Shown piece by piece: positions 62,212-64,000 of a stretch of DNA of 64,000 nt (position 1 is its first letter; each line of letters begins with the position of its first letter). The DNA comes from the human T2T-CHM13v2.0 reference genome, Homo sapiens. Under the pieces are notes generated by a model. The model did no database searches and had not been told where the DNA came from. It saw nothing but the letters and a program-made list of their open reading frames with translations. The DNA lies in assembly GCF_009914755.1 (NCBI RefSeq), contig NC_060948.1, one strand, 5' to 3'. A program made the translations under genes and the position numbers.

Positions 62212-64000
62212 AGATCCATATTTTTTAAATGAAAAAAAATTTCAAAGGTACTCTGCTTGGTACAATAATCAAATGTATAAACTGAGGAATAAAACATAAC
62301 CATGAAACCTACTTATAACTGCATATGGAAAATACAGAGGATAATTTTTTAAATAATATATTTTGAAAGCCTTAACTAGTAATTTGAAGAGTTGGCATTT
62401 GAAAGGCCAGTATGAATATACCTTCAAAGCAGCAACACAGGTTCCCCATGAGAAAAAGCAAACTCAGGGAAAATAAAACCACAAAGGTTCAATCTCTTCT
62501 GACCTTTGAAAGACACAGCACAGACAGTGGTCCTTAGGACGAAGAGCAGGAGACCCCTAATTCCGTCACCATGGCGATAGGGCATAAAAACTGCTGGGTG
62601 AGGGCACAATCCACATTGTGAGGTCCAACTGCTGCCAGGAAGACAGGAGTGCTTTTACATAGACCGAAAGGTCATTGAAGGCTCAGAGTTTTGTTTCAAG
62701 AACTGAATCCCAAGCCCACACGTTATTAGGCTGCGCTTCTTAAAACAAGTTATGAGATGGGAAAAAGGGCACCCACAAACATACGTATACATTATGTATA
62801 TAATAATATACAGTATCATATATATAATATATATAACCTGTGTATAATATTGTTTTACATCCTGCATCTTATATTATATATATTGTGTAAAATATAATAA
62901 TTGATAATATATAAGTTTTATATTTATACAATATGACATATAGTATATATTATAATTTATGACATATATAATATATGTTATATATCATATATAGAATATA
63001 TTATACGGTTAATATACGTATTAAATATAAATTATACATTATATATATTATATATAATATATCTGCTATATATAATACCCATTATGCATAATATATATAT
63101 TATGTCTATGTTATGTATAGTATAAAACAACATATAATAATATATAATTGTATATATAAAATGCGACATATAATATATATTATATTTTATGACATCTGTA
63201 ATATATATTATATATTATATATAATACGTTGTATGTATAATACCTATATTAAATATATATTATATGACTATGTTATTAATTACATGTCACATATGTTATA
63301 TATTATATATTTTACATAGAATATACCGGTTACATACAATATATACTATGTTACCTATAATGTATAATTTATTACATGTAAAATAAAGAATGCAATATAT
63401 TATGTGTAATTTATAATATACAATATGTGGAATGTGATATATATAACATATAATATATGATATATGATATACAGTATATGATATATAACATACAATATAT
63501 GATACCTAATATATATGGTATACAATATATATTTTATGATATGTATTCTATATGTTTTATATTCTGTTATATATAACTATTTGAAATTATATATAACTGT
63601 ATAATATTTTATGTAAATATGTAATATAATATATATAACTATATAATATATTATATATAACTATATATTATGTTATATATACTTTCATAACTTTATTTAC
63701 ATAAAATATCATAGTATAATATATATTATATTACTTCATATTACATAATATATATTACATATCACCCAATATAAGTAACATACATAATATTATAATATAC
63801 ATTATATTATGTTATATTAAATATCATATATATCATGTATCATATATTCTATAATATATATAACACATTATATAATATGCATGTTGTCTATTATGTGATA
63901 TATATAACTATATATATAATTATATTATTATACATATATCTAGATAAACATGTAATTCTACATATTTTCATTTATAATATATAGAATTACATAATCATAT

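Overview
The whole 64 kb is one uninterrupted head-to-tail tandem array of a ~2.42 kb composite unit: 26 complete units plus a partial 27th, unit lengths 2411-2420 bp. Each unit has a ~1.56 kb extremely AT-rich degenerate (TA)n-like block, a ~292 bp old Alu on the minus strand and a ~570 bp mixed-sequence segment (HSATI). This matches human DYZ2/HSat1B, typical of Yq12 heterochromatin; the HaeIII map predicts the classic ~2.1 kb fragment. I see no genes, and all listed ORFs are repeat artefacts. I cannot support a new protein-coding system here. What stands out is array evolution: two local dimer higher-order repeats, an ordered unit series reappearing 31,429 bp downstream with internal expansions, chimeric units, an older divergent island and tandem-base substitutions. 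Units are numbered from the anchor TTTACATCCTGCATCTT, starting at U1 1, U2 2421, U3 4839, U4 7257, U5 9677, U6 12095, U7 14515, U8 16933, U9 19347, U10 21758, U11 24172, U12 26585, U13 29005, U14 31425, U15 33841, U16 36261, U17 38678, U18 41098, U19 43515, U20 45935, U21 48348, U22 50761, U23 53174, U24 55594, U25 58014, U26 60434, U27 62854. All comparisons were made by eye, not by computed alignment.
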